Below are positions 28,531 to 38,875 of a stretch of DNA of 64,000 bases, in pieces (positions within the stretch are counted from its first letter, which is position 1; each line of letters begins with the position of its first letter). The translations under genes were made by a program, and so were the position numbers. The notes under the pieces are model-generated. The model did not search any database, was not told the DNA's origin, and was given only the letters and a program-made list of their open reading frames with translations. The stretch lies in the NCBI GenBank assembly GCA_965204575.1, contig OZ241993.1:64001-128000 (forward strand). The letters are read 5' to 3'. Source of the DNA: an uncultured candidatus Porisulfidus sp. GTDB taxonomy: Bacteria; Pseudomonadota; Gammaproteobacteria; Poriferisulfidales; Poriferisulfidaceae.

Positions 28531-30786
28531 GTGTTCGGCAAATTCCCCAGAATCTGGAACCAGATCTCGACGCAGCTCCACACTAGTTTTGGGGGCGCCG
28601 TGGCGCTGATTGTCGCCATCAGCCTTCTCACCATATTCGTGCTTGACCATATCAAGACCCTCCAGTACAACATCAGCGAGCAAAGCATGCCGGACATGCA
28701 GGCCGCATTCTCCGTTGCACAACAAACGTCTACGCTCGTCGCAGCTGCCCCCCAACTTTCGACCGCAGCTACGCTGGAGCAATTCGAAGAAGTTGTCGTA
28801 TCGGTAAACAGGCAGGAAAAGGCTTTCGAGGCTCGACTATCGGCCATGCTGGCTAGGCAAGAAGGCGGCGAGCATATACAGAAAATCCAGGAAGACGGGG
28901 AGGACATCATCGAGGACATCGAGCGCATCAAAGTGCTCGTCCAGGAACGGTTCGACCTCCGTCAGCGCAGTTATCTTCTCAAGGAGGAGCTCCGCTCGGT
29001 GCATGATGAGTTGATGACGGTTTTGATCAGCGAAATCGACAACCAGATGTTCTACACGATCACGGGCTACTGGTCCCTTGACGGCGCTCAATCGCCACGC
29101 CCGGACCATTTCTCCGAAGAAGAATTCCTGACTTACCGCCGTCTGGTCGAACTTCGTGAAGCAGCAACTGTGACCACCCAGTTGCTGGCGACAGCATTTA
29201 CAGTTGGCGACGCTGCCCTACTGCAACCGCTGCGCGAGGAATTCAACGCGACGACCGGACTTGCCAACCGATCCCTTGAGTATCTCGAAGGCCGTCCGAT
29301 ACATGAGGATTTGTCCCGAGCCTTCTCGAATCTTTTTTCAATCGGCCGTCGGCAAGACAACGGCTTTGATCTGCATGGCCAAGAACTCGCCGTCGAGGCG
29401 GAATTGTCCTTCCGGCTCCAACACAGCCAAACCTTGGGAGCAGAGATCGTGTGGCTGGTGGAGGAGATCGTTGGCCAGTACAGTCTGGCTGCGCTGCAGA
29501 TGACAGCGGAAGCCGCCGAGGTCACCAAGACGAGCTCAACGCTGTTGCTCATCATCAACATTATCAGCATCACCGGCGCGGTTCTGATTGGATGGCTTTT
29601 CGTGGAACGGCGCCTGATCCGGCGCTTGGGCATTGTCTCCCAGCAAATACAGCGCATCGCCGGTGGCAACCTGGAAATTCCCATCGAAGTGTCCGGCAAT
29701 GATGAGATTGGAGAACTGGCCAAGGCGCTCGAGGTGTTCCGGCAAAACGCACTGGAGGTGCAACGCCTCAGCCTCGTCGAGCAACTTGCCGACGAGCTGA
29801 AAGAAATGTATCAGGATTTGGAGCAGTCGAACGAAAAACTGAAGAGTGCGCAAGATCAGATCGTGATGCAGGAAAAACTCGCCGCTCTAGGCCAACTGAC
29901 GGCGGGAGTCGCACACGAAATCAAGAACCCCATGAATTTCATCATGAACTTCGCCCAAGTCTCGAAAGACCTGCTGGAAGAACTGTTGGAAGAAGTGGCC
30001 AAAACCAAGCCGGACGCAGAAGCCGAAGAAGAATACGACCCGGAACTGGTTGACGAAATCGCTGGAGACCTGACCGGGAACCTGGAACGCATCCACGAAC
30101 ACGGCACCCGCGCCAACCGGATCGTGATGGACATGCTCAAGATGGGTCGGCACGACTCTGGAGACTGGCAGCCGGCCGATATGGGCGTACTGCTGAACCA
30201 GCATGCCATGCTCGCGTTCCACAGCGCCCGCGCGACCGATCCTGACTTCCAGCTCGACATCCAAGAAGACTACGTGCCGGATGTCGACAAGATCATGGTG
30301 AAGCCTCAAGATCTCGGCCGGGTATTCTTGAACTTGGTCACCAATGCGTGCTACGCAACGGACGAAAAGCGGAAGGCCTTGATGGCAGAGAGTGGCAATG
30401 GCGCGACAACGTATCAGCCGACACTCAACTTAAGCACACAGTTGGCGGGAGAATTCCTTGAAGTGCATGTCCGCGACAATGGAAACGGCATCCCTGAATC
30501 CGCCTTGGAACAGATCTTCAACCCGTTCTTCACGACGAAACCACCGGACAAAGGTACGGGCCTTGGACTGTCACTGTCCAGCGACATTGTCCGAGAACAC
30601 GGCGGCGAATTCCGCGTGGATACGAAAGAGGGCGAATACACCGATATGATCGTCTCCCTGCCACTCAAAACCCCAGAAGAGTTGATGGCCGCTCCAGAGA
30701 AAAACGAAGAGGACAGCGCCCCAGATGCACCGGCGCCGGACACGCCGGAAGACTCGGCGGACACTCAGGATGGGGAAACTGCTTAG
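28531..30786 (+). CDS. Sensor histidine kinase (two TM helices, large helical periplasmic domain, HAMP, HisKA, HATPase)
   Basis: [12 protein letters not shown]; [11 protein letters not shown]-box; [26 protein letters not shown]. Confidence 0.93.
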   Translation: MFGKFPRIWNQISTQLHTSFGGAVALIVAISLLTIFVLDHIKTLQYNISEQSMPDMQAAFSVAQQTSTLVAAAPQLSTAATLEQFEEVVVSVNRQEKAFEARLSAMLARQEGGEHIQKIQEDGEDIIEDIERIKVLVQERFDLRQRSYLLKEELRSVHDELMTVLISEIDNQMFYTITGYWSLDGAQSPRPDHFSEEEFLTYRRLVELREAATVTTQLLATAFTVGDAALLQPLREEFNATTGLANRSLEYLEGRPIHEDLSRAFSNLFSIGRRQDNGFDLHGQELAVEAELSFRLQHSQTLGAEIVWLVEEIVGQYSLAALQMTAEAAEVTKTSSTLLLIINIISITGAVLIGWLFVERRLIRRLGIVSQQIQRIAGGNLEIPIEVSGNDEIGELAKALEVFRQNALEVQRLSLVEQLADELKEMYQDLEQSNEKLKSAQDQIVMQEKLAALGQLTAGVAHEIKNPMNFIMNFAQVSKDLLEELLEEVAKTKPDAEAEEEYDPELVDEIAGDLTGNLERIHEHGTRANRIVMDMLKMGRHDSGDWQPADMGVLLNQHAMLAFHSARATDPDFQLDIQEDYVPDVDKIMVKPQDLGRVFLNLVTNACYATDEKRKALMAESGNGATTYQPTLNLSTQLAGEFLEVHVRDNGNGIPESALEQIFNPFFTTKPPDKGTGLGLSLSSDIVREHGGEFRVDTKEGEYTDMIVSLPLKTPEELMAAPEKNEEDSAPDAPAPDTPEDSADTQDGETA

Positions 30787-30795
30787 AAAGGCACC

Positions 30796-31152
30796 TCAGC
30801 AGGTCACTGCGGAGACTGCCTCTGAAGGGGATTCGTAGACATCGATGACTTTATCTAAACCCGCCGTCTTGACCATAGAGCCAACGGCTTCCGTCAAAGA
30901 ACATATCGCGAATTTCTTGCCCTTGGCGTGGAGTATCTTCGCAGTCACCAGAATTGCACGCAATCCGGCGCTACTGATATAAGCCAAGGTTGCTAGATCC
31001 AAGATGACGGCATCGCCCCCGTAAGTCCTGACCTTTTCATTCAGCCCGGCTTGAAACTCTTCTGCATTCAGACCGTCGATATGACCCGCCACATCCACCA
31101 TGAGTGCGCTTTCAGTCTCGCGAATCTGAAATCCGAACTGATGATCAGAAAT
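30796..31152 (-). CDS. STAS anti-sigma-factor antagonist, paralog 1 (probable ATT start)
   Basis: LDLATLAYISSAGLR phosphoacceptor motif; SD AGGGAG 7 nt before in-frame ATT at 31152. Confidence 0.88.
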   Translation of the reverse strand: MSDHQFGFQIRETESALMVDVAGHIDGLNAEEFQAGLNEKVRTYGGDAVILDLATLAYISSAGLRAILVTAKILHAKGKKFAICSLTEAVGSMVKTAGLDKVIDVYESPSEAVSAVTC

Positions 31153-31257
31153 GGTTCTTCTCCCTAAAACAATTCCTTCCGAATCATAGCACACGGCAAC
31201 CGCAAACGCGGAAGAAATTGCCGCCTAAATGTGGAACGAGAATACGCGGCACGGCAC

Positions 31258-31620
31258 TCACTGTGTCACCGCTTCAATAGCCGAGGAACGGGACATGTAG
31301 ACATCGATAATGTTGTCAAAGCCTGTCGTCTGGATGATTTCCAGGATCGTGCCCGGCAAAGAGCAGAGTGCCAGTTTTTTACCCCGACGATTCATCGCCT
31401 CGGCAACCAGAAGAATCGCGCGCAGTCCTGCACTGCTGATGTAGGACAGGTCCTCAAAATCCAGGATGATGGCAGGACCGCCGTAGCTTCGCGTTGTTTG
31501 CTCCAAGCCGCTTCGAAACTCACGCGTATTCATGCCGTCCACGCGGCCCACGATATTGATCACGAGCGTGTTCTCAAGCTCTTCGGTCTGCAAATCGAAT
31601 TGGGTCTCTGAATCTGTCAT
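31258..31620 (-). CDS. STAS anti-sigma-factor antagonist, paralog 2
   Basis: LDFEDLSYISSAGLR; ATG start. Confidence 0.92.
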   Translation of the reverse strand: MTDSETQFDLQTEELENTLVINIVGRVDGMNTREFRSGLEQTTRSYGGPAIILDFEDLSYISSAGLRAILLVAEAMNRRGKKLALCSLPGTILEIIQTTGFDNIIDVYMSRSSAIEAVTQ

Positions 31621-31707
31621 GTTTCGGTGCCGGGTGGTTTCATAAGCAGACCTGAAATCCCCGTCCAGCCCCAGCGACCAGTCGGCAAAAAAGATTCCTG
31701 GGTTTAT

Positions 31708-32067
31708 TCAACCGGTCGTCGCCGTGACCGCCACGGAGCGAGACTCATGTATGTCGATAATCTTGTCAAAACCGGTAATCTGAATGATCTCCATAATGGG
31801 ATCGGGCAACGCACACATGGCAAACTTTATTTGTTTGCTCTTGAGCGTCTTGGCGATAAGCAAAATCGAGCGCAACCCGGCACTACTGATGTAGGACAGG
31901 TTCTCGAGATCCAAAACAATGGCTTGACTGTCGCTAGAACTCTCGGCCTTCTGATCCAGATTTTCCTGGAAATCTTGTGCGTTTACGCCGTCGATGCGGC
32001 CCGCCACGCTGATTACAAGGGCGCCTTGGAGTTCTTCAGTCTGTAGCTCAAACTGGTGGTCAGAAAT
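31708..32067 (-). CDS. STAS anti-sigma-factor antagonist, paralog 3 (probable ATT start)
   Basis: LDLENLSYISSAGLR; similarity to the paralogs extends upstream of GTG 32007 to ISDHQFELQTEELQG; SD GGAGG 6 nt before ATT at 32067. Confidence 0.88.
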   Translation of the reverse strand: MSDHQFELQTEELQGALVISVAGRIDGVNAQDFQENLDQKAESSSDSQAIVLDLENLSYISSAGLRSILLIAKTLKSKQIKFAMCALPDPIMEIIQITGFDKIIDIHESRSVAVTATTG

Positions 32068-32096
32068 GATCAGCCTCCAAAATGGTATAGGGTGCC

Positions 32097-32105
32097 ATTA
32101 TAACA
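32097..32105 (-). promoter_or_regulatory. Extended -10 promoter (TGnTATAAT) for STAS paralog 3
   Basis: Minus strand TG-T-TATAAT about 30 nt upstream of the proposed start. Confidence 0.6.
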
Positions 32106-32190
32106 ATTATGCGCTGCTTGTAACAGTCTCAGTCTCAGTTTTGGGCGGGTCGACTCCGGAATTATCTTTGGCGTTATATTGTCCAGAGTG

Positions 32191-32481
32191 CTATATATGT
32201 CGTTCTATGTCCATGCGCTGGTGCAAAATACGGACTACCTCCACTGTGTTCCCTTGCATGCGGTAGAAGAGCACGTGTGAACCAACGGTGATCTTGCGGT
32301 AACCGGGGCGGATGTCATCGGCCGGTTGACCGACCCGTGAGCCATCGCTTAAAGCCTCGCATGTAGCCTGAATGTTCCGCGTATAACGTTCCGCCTGTAG
32401 ATTGCTCCAATGTTTCGCGGTGTAGTGCCAGATATCCTCAACATCGGCTTGAGCCGCTGGAGATAGCGTATAGCTTGACAT
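32191..32481 (-). CDS. parE: ParE/RelE-family toxin
   Basis: YTLSPAAQADVEDIWHYT...IRPGYRK...HVLFYR...VRILHQRMD. Confidence 0.9.
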   Translation of the reverse strand: MSSYTLSPAAQADVEDIWHYTAKHWSNLQAERYTRNIQATCEALSDGSRVGQPADDIRPGYRKITVGSHVLFYRMQGNTVEVVRILHQRMDIERHI

Positions 32482-32487
32482 GCCCGC

Positions 32488-32724
32488 CTAGGAAGAGGTC
32501 TTACCGGCAATGAATGCATCAAAATCAAAGGGAGTTGCAGGACCGGATTGCTCACCTTCGATCAGGGCATTACGTAGGGCCTCGACTTTAGCTTCATGCT
32601 CTTCAAGCAATCGCAACCCCGCTCGTAACACCTCGCTGGTCGAACTGTAGCGTCCAGACTCGACTCGATCATCGATGAAGTCCGAGAAGTGCTCGCCGAG
32701 AGAAACCGAAGTGTTTTTGATCAT
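32488..32724 (-). CDS. parD: ParD-family RHH antitoxin
   Basis: NTSVSLGEHF...SGRYSSTSEVLRAGLRLLEE...GEQSG. Confidence 0.9.
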   Translation of the reverse strand: MIKNTSVSLGEHFSDFIDDRVESGRYSSTSEVLRAGLRLLEEHEAKVEALRNALIEGEQSGPATPFDFDAFIAGKTSS

Positions 32725-32747
32725 AAGTGGAACCTCTTGTAGAACTA

Positions 32748-32762
32748 TACCAAAAATTGGTA
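32748..32762. promoter_or_regulatory. Putative ParD operator palindrome
   Basis: TACCAA-AAA-TTGGTA just upstream of parD. Confidence 0.45.
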
Positions 32763-33023
32763 ATTTTGATAACTGTGACTTTACAAAACTAGAATGCACT
32801 AATTGACTTTTTCATTTTCCTCTCCCGTGATGGAAGACACCATGTTGCACAGTATGTACGCAAGTGCCAACGCTTAGTCTCTCGCACAGGTTCGCTGTAT
32901 TCCGGCACACGCCTTGCTTTGACGAAGCGTTCCCCGACGTATTCTGGAGGGACCCGGGCCGAGGCTCTCGCGGGGTCGGATCCGGCCGTGGTTGAAGAAG
33001 GTTTCGGGAGACGCCTCGTCGCC

Positions 33024-34436
33024 TCATGGAGGACGGGACGCGAATCTGTTCGCGACCTCTTCGGCTGCGGCGATGCCACTCACCAAGGCGCCATTCACCG
33101 AAGGAATCCGCATGTAATCGCCAGCCAGGGAAAGGTTCTCGATTTTCTGGTGGAGCAGGCGAGGAACTTCTGCCATCGACCTAAACATGCCCGGCGGAGC
33201 CATGCAGACTGCCTCCTTCCAGCGATACACGCGCGTGAACAACCCTTCATGGTCGCCGGGAAGGGAGGAGCCCGGAGGAGGATTTCGACGGGCATCACGG
33301 AGCAACTGGTGCTTGATCTCATCGTCTTCCAGAGGAAACAGTTCTTTGGCGCGTTCGCGACCGACGAGGAGATCCAGTGTGCTCTTGCCCGGAGGCACAC
33401 ATGCGGGAAGGTTGATGGACCGGTCCAGAAGCAACGGCGTTTCGTCTTCGGGGTACAGGGCTCCATTCCAGCCAGGGGGGAGCGGCGGACGATCCAGGCC
33501 CATCACCACCCGGCATCCGCACGAGTATTTCACCGTCTGAAGCACCCGCCGGACTTCCTCCGGCAAGTCGGGGATGAGGCGGGACACTGCCGTGGCAGGG
33601 GTGGCACAGATTACAGCATCCGCCTCGATGATACCGTCGTCCATGACCACGCCAGCCGCAGAACCCCCTTCGACGATGATGCGCCGGACGGGCGACGAGA
33701 CACGAATCATGTCTCCGCAGGCATCGGCCAAAGCGTGAGTCAGGGCGCCGGCACCTTTTTCCGGCACGTAAATCTGGTTTACTTTCAGCATCATTTCCGC
33801 CAGGTAGGTCCGCATGTACGGCGCACAGGCAGTTTCGACATCCCCCATGGTCATCTCCAGAAATCCGGCCACGGTGACCTGAAGAGATTCGGGCACGCCG
33901 ATTCTGTTCAGGAAGTCGCCGAAATTCTCCTCCCCGTCGATTTCGGCTAGCCGGCTGTCGCTGGAGAAACTGTGGCATTTCGGCCGGGTGCCCGAGTGCC
34001 ACATCAACCGAAAGAACGCGGGCGATAAAAACCCTAATTTCCAAGCCGTCGGCAGGCCCCGGACGAAAGAGCCAATGGACCGGGGCGGCCTCGACACCAT
34101 CCACTGCCCATTTCGGTACCAGCCGAGGTTCATGAAGGAACGAATCAGGGGCAGTCCAAGCTCTTCGCACAGATGGAGCGCCGCATCGTAGGAACTGCAG
34201 AAAAAGTCCGCTCCCTCATCTAGGGAAAAACCGTCCACCCTGTCTCCGCCAAGGCGTCCGCCTACGCGTGGGTTGGCTTCCAGCAAAGTGGCATCAATAC
34301 CGTGCTTCTTCAGTGTCCAAGCGGCGGCCAGTCCGGCCCCCCCTCCCCCAACGATTACGACTTTCCTGCTCCCGCGATGCTGCCCCGGCTCTTCTTGGCC
34401 GCGGATTGCAGGACCATTTCCCGTGGGCGACGTCAT
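33024..34436 (-). CDS. FAD-dependent oxidoreductase (amine oxidase/protoporphyrinogen oxidase/carotenoid desaturase superfamily)
   Basis: VVIVGGGGAGLAAA dinucleotide fold, RVGGR, C-terminal LAGDY...VNGALVSG; ATG overlaps the MMPL stop. Confidence 0.85.
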   Translation of the reverse strand: MTSPTGNGPAIRGQEEPGQHRGSRKVVIVGGGGAGLAAAWTLKKHGIDATLLEANPRVGGRLGGDRVDGFSLDEGADFFCSSYDAALHLCEELGLPLIRSFMNLGWYRNGQWMVSRPPRSIGSFVRGLPTAWKLGFLSPAFFRLMWHSGTRPKCHSFSSDSRLAEIDGEENFGDFLNRIGVPESLQVTVAGFLEMTMGDVETACAPYMRTYLAEMMLKVNQIYVPEKGAGALTHALADACGDMIRVSSPVRRIIVEGGSAAGVVMDDGIIEADAVICATPATAVSRLIPDLPEEVRRVLQTVKYSCGCRVVMGLDRPPLPPGWNGALYPEDETPLLLDRSINLPACVPPGKSTLDLLVGRERAKELFPLEDDEIKHQLLRDARRNPPPGSSLPGDHEGLFTRVYRWKEAVCMAPPGMFRSMAEVPRLLHQKIENLSLAGDYMRIPSVNGALVSGIAAAEEVANRFASRPP

Positions 34437-36721
34437 GATTTCTTTCGGTCCAGGGCCATCAGCAGGGCAGGAAGAAGCAGGAGGTCCGCAATCAGTGCAA
34501 AGATGATCGTGATGGCGACCAAGATGCCAAGCACCCAGTTTGGCTCGTAACCGGATAAAGAGAATATCAGAAACCCAGCCGCCAGGATAGCGGTGGTGAC
34601 CCACAATGCCGGACCCACGGCGCGAAAGGTGGCGCGGATGGCTTCGGGTGACGGCAATCTCTCCCGGCGAGCCTTCAGGTACCGGGCAAGAAAATGAATG
34701 GTATCGTCCACGATGATGCCGATGGCGATTGCGGTCACCACGGAGGCGCCAAGGCCGATGTTGCCGGAAAGATATCCCCACAAACCGAAGGCCATTACCG
34801 CCGGAATAAAATTGGGCACCAGACAGATCAGACCGATACGGATGCTTCGAAAGACCAGGAGCAGAATCAGAGAGATGAGTCCTGTGGCGGTGATGGTGCC
34901 CCACAGCATGCTGCTGATGTTCTCGTCCGACATGTGGGCGGAGATCATGGTGAAGCCGGAGGCCGGCCCTGCGATCTCGGGCGCGTTGGCCTGCAGCCAA
35001 GCCTGGGCGCGCGCATCAATGTCGAGATGATCCTTCGTCGAGGTGTTCTTGAGCACGACGGTCATCCGCGTGGCCGACTTGGCAATATCCATGCGATCGT
35101 TGAGATCGGCGCCAAACGGCAGTGACAATTCGTATAACAGAAGAAATTGGGCGATCAAGTCGGGGTCGTCCGGAATCCGGTAGAACGCCGGGGCGTCCCC
35201 GTGCATGTTCTTGCTCACGCGCTTCACAATGTCTGGAAACGCCTGGACGTGGTGCACTTCGGGCTGGCTGCGGTACCATTCCGCGAAGGACTCGACGGCG
35301 CGCAGGTATCCGGGGTCGACGATGCCGCCTTCCCTCCCGGAATTCAGCGAGTACTCCATCCGGTCGAGCCCGGTCAGATTTTTAACGATGAAATCTGTAT
35401 CGGTGCGGAAGGTGTAGCGGTCGTCGAAGTGGTGCAGCCAGTTGTCGCTGACCTCGCTGCGGGGAATGCCGGTGGCCAGCGCCAAAACCACCAGGGGACC
35501 GGCCCAAAGAAGCAGTTTTCGGCGGGCGGTCACGAAAGCACTCAGGCGTTCGAGGTGGTTTTCCCATCCACCATGCGGGCGGGGGCGGCGCAACGGAAAA
35601 ACGGAAAGCAATGCCGGAAGAAGCGTGACGGAGTAGATGAATGTGAACAACATGCCAAGCGCGACTAGATTGCCGAGGACATGAAACGGCGGTGAACTCG
35701 ATGTGTTCAGACTGAGGAATCCGATTGCGGTAGTGATGGAGGTCAGGAATACCGGATACAGGTTCTCGCGCAGGGATTGCGCCAGTGCCGCATGCCGATC
35801 AAGACCCTGACGCAGGCCAGACAGCGCGATGGTGACAATGTGGATCGCATGGGCCACTCCCACGGCCATGATGATGATCGGCATGCTGGCGCTGACCGGC
35901 GTGAGCCTTGTGCCGAACCAACCCGCGACTCCCACGGTGCTCAGGACGATGAAGGCAATCAGAACCGCGATGGCAAGGGTGGCGTACACCGAACGCAGGA
36001 GGAGGCCCGCGATGGTCAGGATGACAAGGAACACGATCGGGACCAAACCCTCGCCCTCCTTCCCGGCATCGTTGAAGGTTTGGTTGAGGATTACATTGCC
36101 GGTCAGGTAGTAGGAAAGGTCCGGATGGGCGATCCGGGCTTGGTCGAGCAGGTTCCCGAGATGACTCGAAATCTCTGCCCATTGGGGTTCTTCCGGCTCG
36201 GACAGTGCGAAACTGATGATCATCCCGGCCACACGCCCGTCGCCAGAGACCAGTTGCCCGACGATCTCCGGTTCGTTCAAGGCAATGGTCCGGACGCGGT
36301 CCAGTTCCGCATCGCTGAACGATGCCGCGCCGTCCACCAAGGGCGCGACCCTCAGGTCGTCCCCGGTCGCTTCACTATGGAAATAGTTGGTGAGCGAATC
36401 GACCCGGAGCGAGTGCGGGGTCTGCCACGCGGTCTCGGTCAGCTCTTCGATTGCGGCGAGGGTTTCGCGGGTGAACACCGATCCCTCCCGGGGCGTGATG
36501 GCGATCAACGCGGATCTTGATGCGGAATAGGTGTCCTGCAGTTCGTCGAAGGCGAGGAGGTGCGGATTGTCCTTTCCAAACAGTACGCGATAGCTACCGG
36601 AAACCGTGAGTCCGGGCGCTCCCGCCGCCAGCGCCAGCATGACCAGTGCAGCAAGCGCAAGAATCAGCCATCGCTGGCGCAGAATGAAAGTCGGATAGCG
36701 GTCCAGCAGCCTAGCAATCAT
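34433..36721 (-). CDS. MMPL/RND-family lipid transporter
   Basis: Two TM repeats with large periplasmic loops; TSITTAIGFLSL, IAIGIIVDDTIHFL; start inferred. Confidence 0.9.
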   Translation of the reverse strand: MIARLLDRYPTFILRQRWLILALAALVMLALAAGAPGLTVSGSYRVLFGKDNPHLLAFDELQDTYSASRSALIAITPREGSVFTRETLAAIEELTETAWQTPHSLRVDSLTNYFHSEATGDDLRVAPLVDGAASFSDAELDRVRTIALNEPEIVGQLVSGDGRVAGMIISFALSEPEEPQWAEISSHLGNLLDQARIAHPDLSYYLTGNVILNQTFNDAGKEGEGLVPIVFLVILTIAGLLLRSVYATLAIAVLIAFIVLSTVGVAGWFGTRLTPVSASMPIIIMAVGVAHAIHIVTIALSGLRQGLDRHAALAQSLRENLYPVFLTSITTAIGFLSLNTSSSPPFHVLGNLVALGMLFTFIYSVTLLPALLSVFPLRRPRPHGGWENHLERLSAFVTARRKLLLWAGPLVVLALATGIPRSEVSDNWLHHFDDRYTFRTDTDFIVKNLTGLDRMEYSLNSGREGGIVDPGYLRAVESFAEWYRSQPEVHHVQAFPDIVKRVSKNMHGDAPAFYRIPDDPDLIAQFLLLYELSLPFGADLNDRMDIAKSATRMTVVLKNTSTKDHLDIDARAQAWLQANAPEIAGPASGFTMISAHMSDENISSMLWGTITATGLISLILLLVFRSIRIGLICLVPNFIPAVMAFGLWGYLSGNIGLGASVVTAIAIGIIVDDTIHFLARYLKARRERLPSPEAIRATFRAVGPALWVTTAILAAGFLIFSLSGYEPNWVLGILVAITIIFALIADLLLLPALLMALDRKKS

Positions 36722-37339
36722 CGCTGAATATCCTCGTGGCATAGAGCAACGGATCGTTCCCGGGACTGAACGCAAGCCGCCATTTCCGGGGCAAGCGGTG
36801 AACCCTCTTGCGCCGAGCCGGCACATTGCTGGGTTCCCGCCATCGAATCGGCCTCGTTAATTTTCGTGCCTGACATTCGGCACCAAGCCGCGAAAGCGAT
36901 GGACATCATCACCGCAGATTCAGGACCAAGGCGCATCGCACTCTCACTGCCAAGATTATACTGCCCCAATCAGGCTTGTCGTGCTGCTCTGCCGTGCACA
37001 GAAAGACTGAAAGCCGTCTATGGGGACACGCATTCTTGTAGTGGGAGTTGAATCAGTTGTGTTTCATCTCATCTTACCAACAAACATCATTTTGCATTAT
37101 CCAAATTACCGCTCATGCAGTTGGGGCCTGACCAGTTGGCACTCTTTTTCCTATCAACCTCTCTGGCTTGGAAATCAGGGCATGCGTAAATTCTGCGCAA
37201 GTTCATGTGCATGCATGCATAGGTTCATAAACATTGCTGTGCTAGAATTTCGGTGCCCAGTTCCTTGACGAAATCATTCGGAGGAATCGACAGTGTCAGG
37301 GACGGGCGTGCCGCAAACGAGCCTACCTGCCTTTGTTGA

Positions 37340-37352
37340 CCCCCCCCCCCCC
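37340..37352 (+). repeat. C13 homopolymer tract
   Basis: 13 consecutive C residues directly following TTGA in the divergent MMPL/oxygenase intergenic region. Confidence 0.9.
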
Positions 37353-37579
37353 TCAAATTGCATTCACTATAAGGAAACAGCCTTTCCAAGGGCTTGGTTG
37401 CCCTTCAGGTCGATTTTCCTTCACATTCTGAACTTACGCAGTCGAGCGGCCGGGAAACCCTCTCGCGACGAAGGGACCTTCGCTACAATCATGCCGAGGG
37501 CGAGACCGGACAGTAAAATAAATACAACTCACCCAGCATCGGAAATGCCATTCTCCAATTTCAAGGTTCGCGAAGTTTC

Positions 37580-38743
37580 ATGAGTATTTCAATGCCTTCC
37601 GCATATGTCGCCCAGTATGCTTCAGCCCAGAAGCATAACAAGGTGGAAGTTGATAATTACATCAGGCATACGACCATAGGCGACCCCGAGTTGGACCCGA
37701 TAATGGAAGAGTTGACTGCCTCAGTATCGCCTGAGGACTTGCATCAATTCATCAAGGCCGGCATAGAAGGCGAGAAGGACGGCCTGCACAAGGCGCCACA
37801 AGCCCTGCGTGATTTTTTCGACAAAATCGAGATTCCTCCCCCTTGGCTTGATTACGACGCTTTTCACTCCGGGGTCCGCAGTTTCAACGTCAATGTGGAT
37901 CTTATGCTTGCCGCATTCGTTGCCGGGGTTCTAGTGGAAGGCTTTGCAACATTAATCGCCAAATCTTTCAACATCACGGGTCGAGTGGCCACCACCACAA
38001 GGCGCCTGCAACAAAACAACCGCCACCTGATGGAAATTTTCTTCCCCGATGGCTTGCAGAGGGACAACGATGGATGGAAACTGTCGGTTCGAATTCGTTT
38101 CATCCATGCCCGCGTCAGATGCCTGTTGGCTCATTCCGAACAGTGGGATCACGAAGCATGGGGCACGCCATTGAGCGCCGCGAACCTGGGTTTTGCCATC
38201 TCCGTCTTTTCCAAGCGCCTACTGGATTATGCGGCACTAGTCGGCGCGAAATTTACCGAGGAGGAAAAAACAAGTGTGATCGACGTGTGGAGATACACCG
38301 GCTACCTGATGGGTATCCCCGAGACCATTCTCTACCGCAACCGGGATGAGGCGGAAGCCATCTACCAGATCGCCCACCTGTGCGAACCCCCCCCGGATGC
38401 CGACTCGGTTCACATGGCAAACACCTTGATTCAGTCCATCCCCGAAGTCGCGGGAATAGAAAAGCCGTCCGAACGGGAAAAAACCACCGTCTTAGCTTAC
38501 CGGATTTCACGCGCACTTATCGGCAACAAGCTCGCGGATTCGTTCGAATATCCAAAATCTTCCACCACGGGGACATTGTTCGCCTTCAGGCTGAAGCAGC
38601 ACCTCCAGAGAGGGCTTCGAGGTTCGCAGTTGATCAGGCTCAACAACTTCACCCAACTTCTGCAGATTTCAATGTACGATAGAGGGGGAGTGAGCTACCG
38701 GATGCCCGACCATGTCCTTCAGTCAAAATCGCACGACTGGTGA
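37580..38743 (+). CDS. MpaB/latex-clearing-protein-like heme oxygenase family (DUF2236)
   Basis: GDPELD, PPPWLD, TGR...RRL, VRIRFIHARVR, WGTPLS, WRYTGYLMGI family motifs. Confidence 0.8.
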   Translation: MSISMPSAYVAQYASAQKHNKVEVDNYIRHTTIGDPELDPIMEELTASVSPEDLHQFIKAGIEGEKDGLHKAPQALRDFFDKIEIPPPWLDYDAFHSGVRSFNVNVDLMLAAFVAGVLVEGFATLIAKSFNITGRVATTTRRLQQNNRHLMEIFFPDGLQRDNDGWKLSVRIRFIHARVRCLLAHSEQWDHEAWGTPLSAANLGFAISVFSKRLLDYAALVGAKFTEEEKTSVIDVWRYTGYLMGIPETILYRNRDEAEAIYQIAHLCEPPPDADSVHMANTLIQSIPEVAGIEKPSEREKTTVLAYRISRALIGNKLADSFEYPKSSTTGTLFAFRLKQHLQRGLRGSQLIRLNNFTQLLQISMYDRGGVSYRMPDHVLQSKSHDW

Positions 38744-38875
38744 GGGTTCTCCACGCCTCACCCCCATCCCCCGCCCCCACTCAGTCACACAGAACACGTC
38801 AAGGCGGTAAAATCCCTCTCCAGCCACCCGGTTATTACTTTTCGAGCGTGCAACGCCATCAGCCCCCACCTTCTC

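Noticed and set aside
34437-35000. 658-aa version of the FAD oxidoreductase
   Set aside because: The extension overlaps the MMPL gene in another frame; the Rossmann motif begins shortly after ATG 34436, which is coupled to the MMPL stop.
37194-37207. 14-bp identity with the ImmA HELAH-coding segment at 56293-56306
   Set aside because: No surrounding ORF homology; repeated 14-mers are expected by chance in a window this size.
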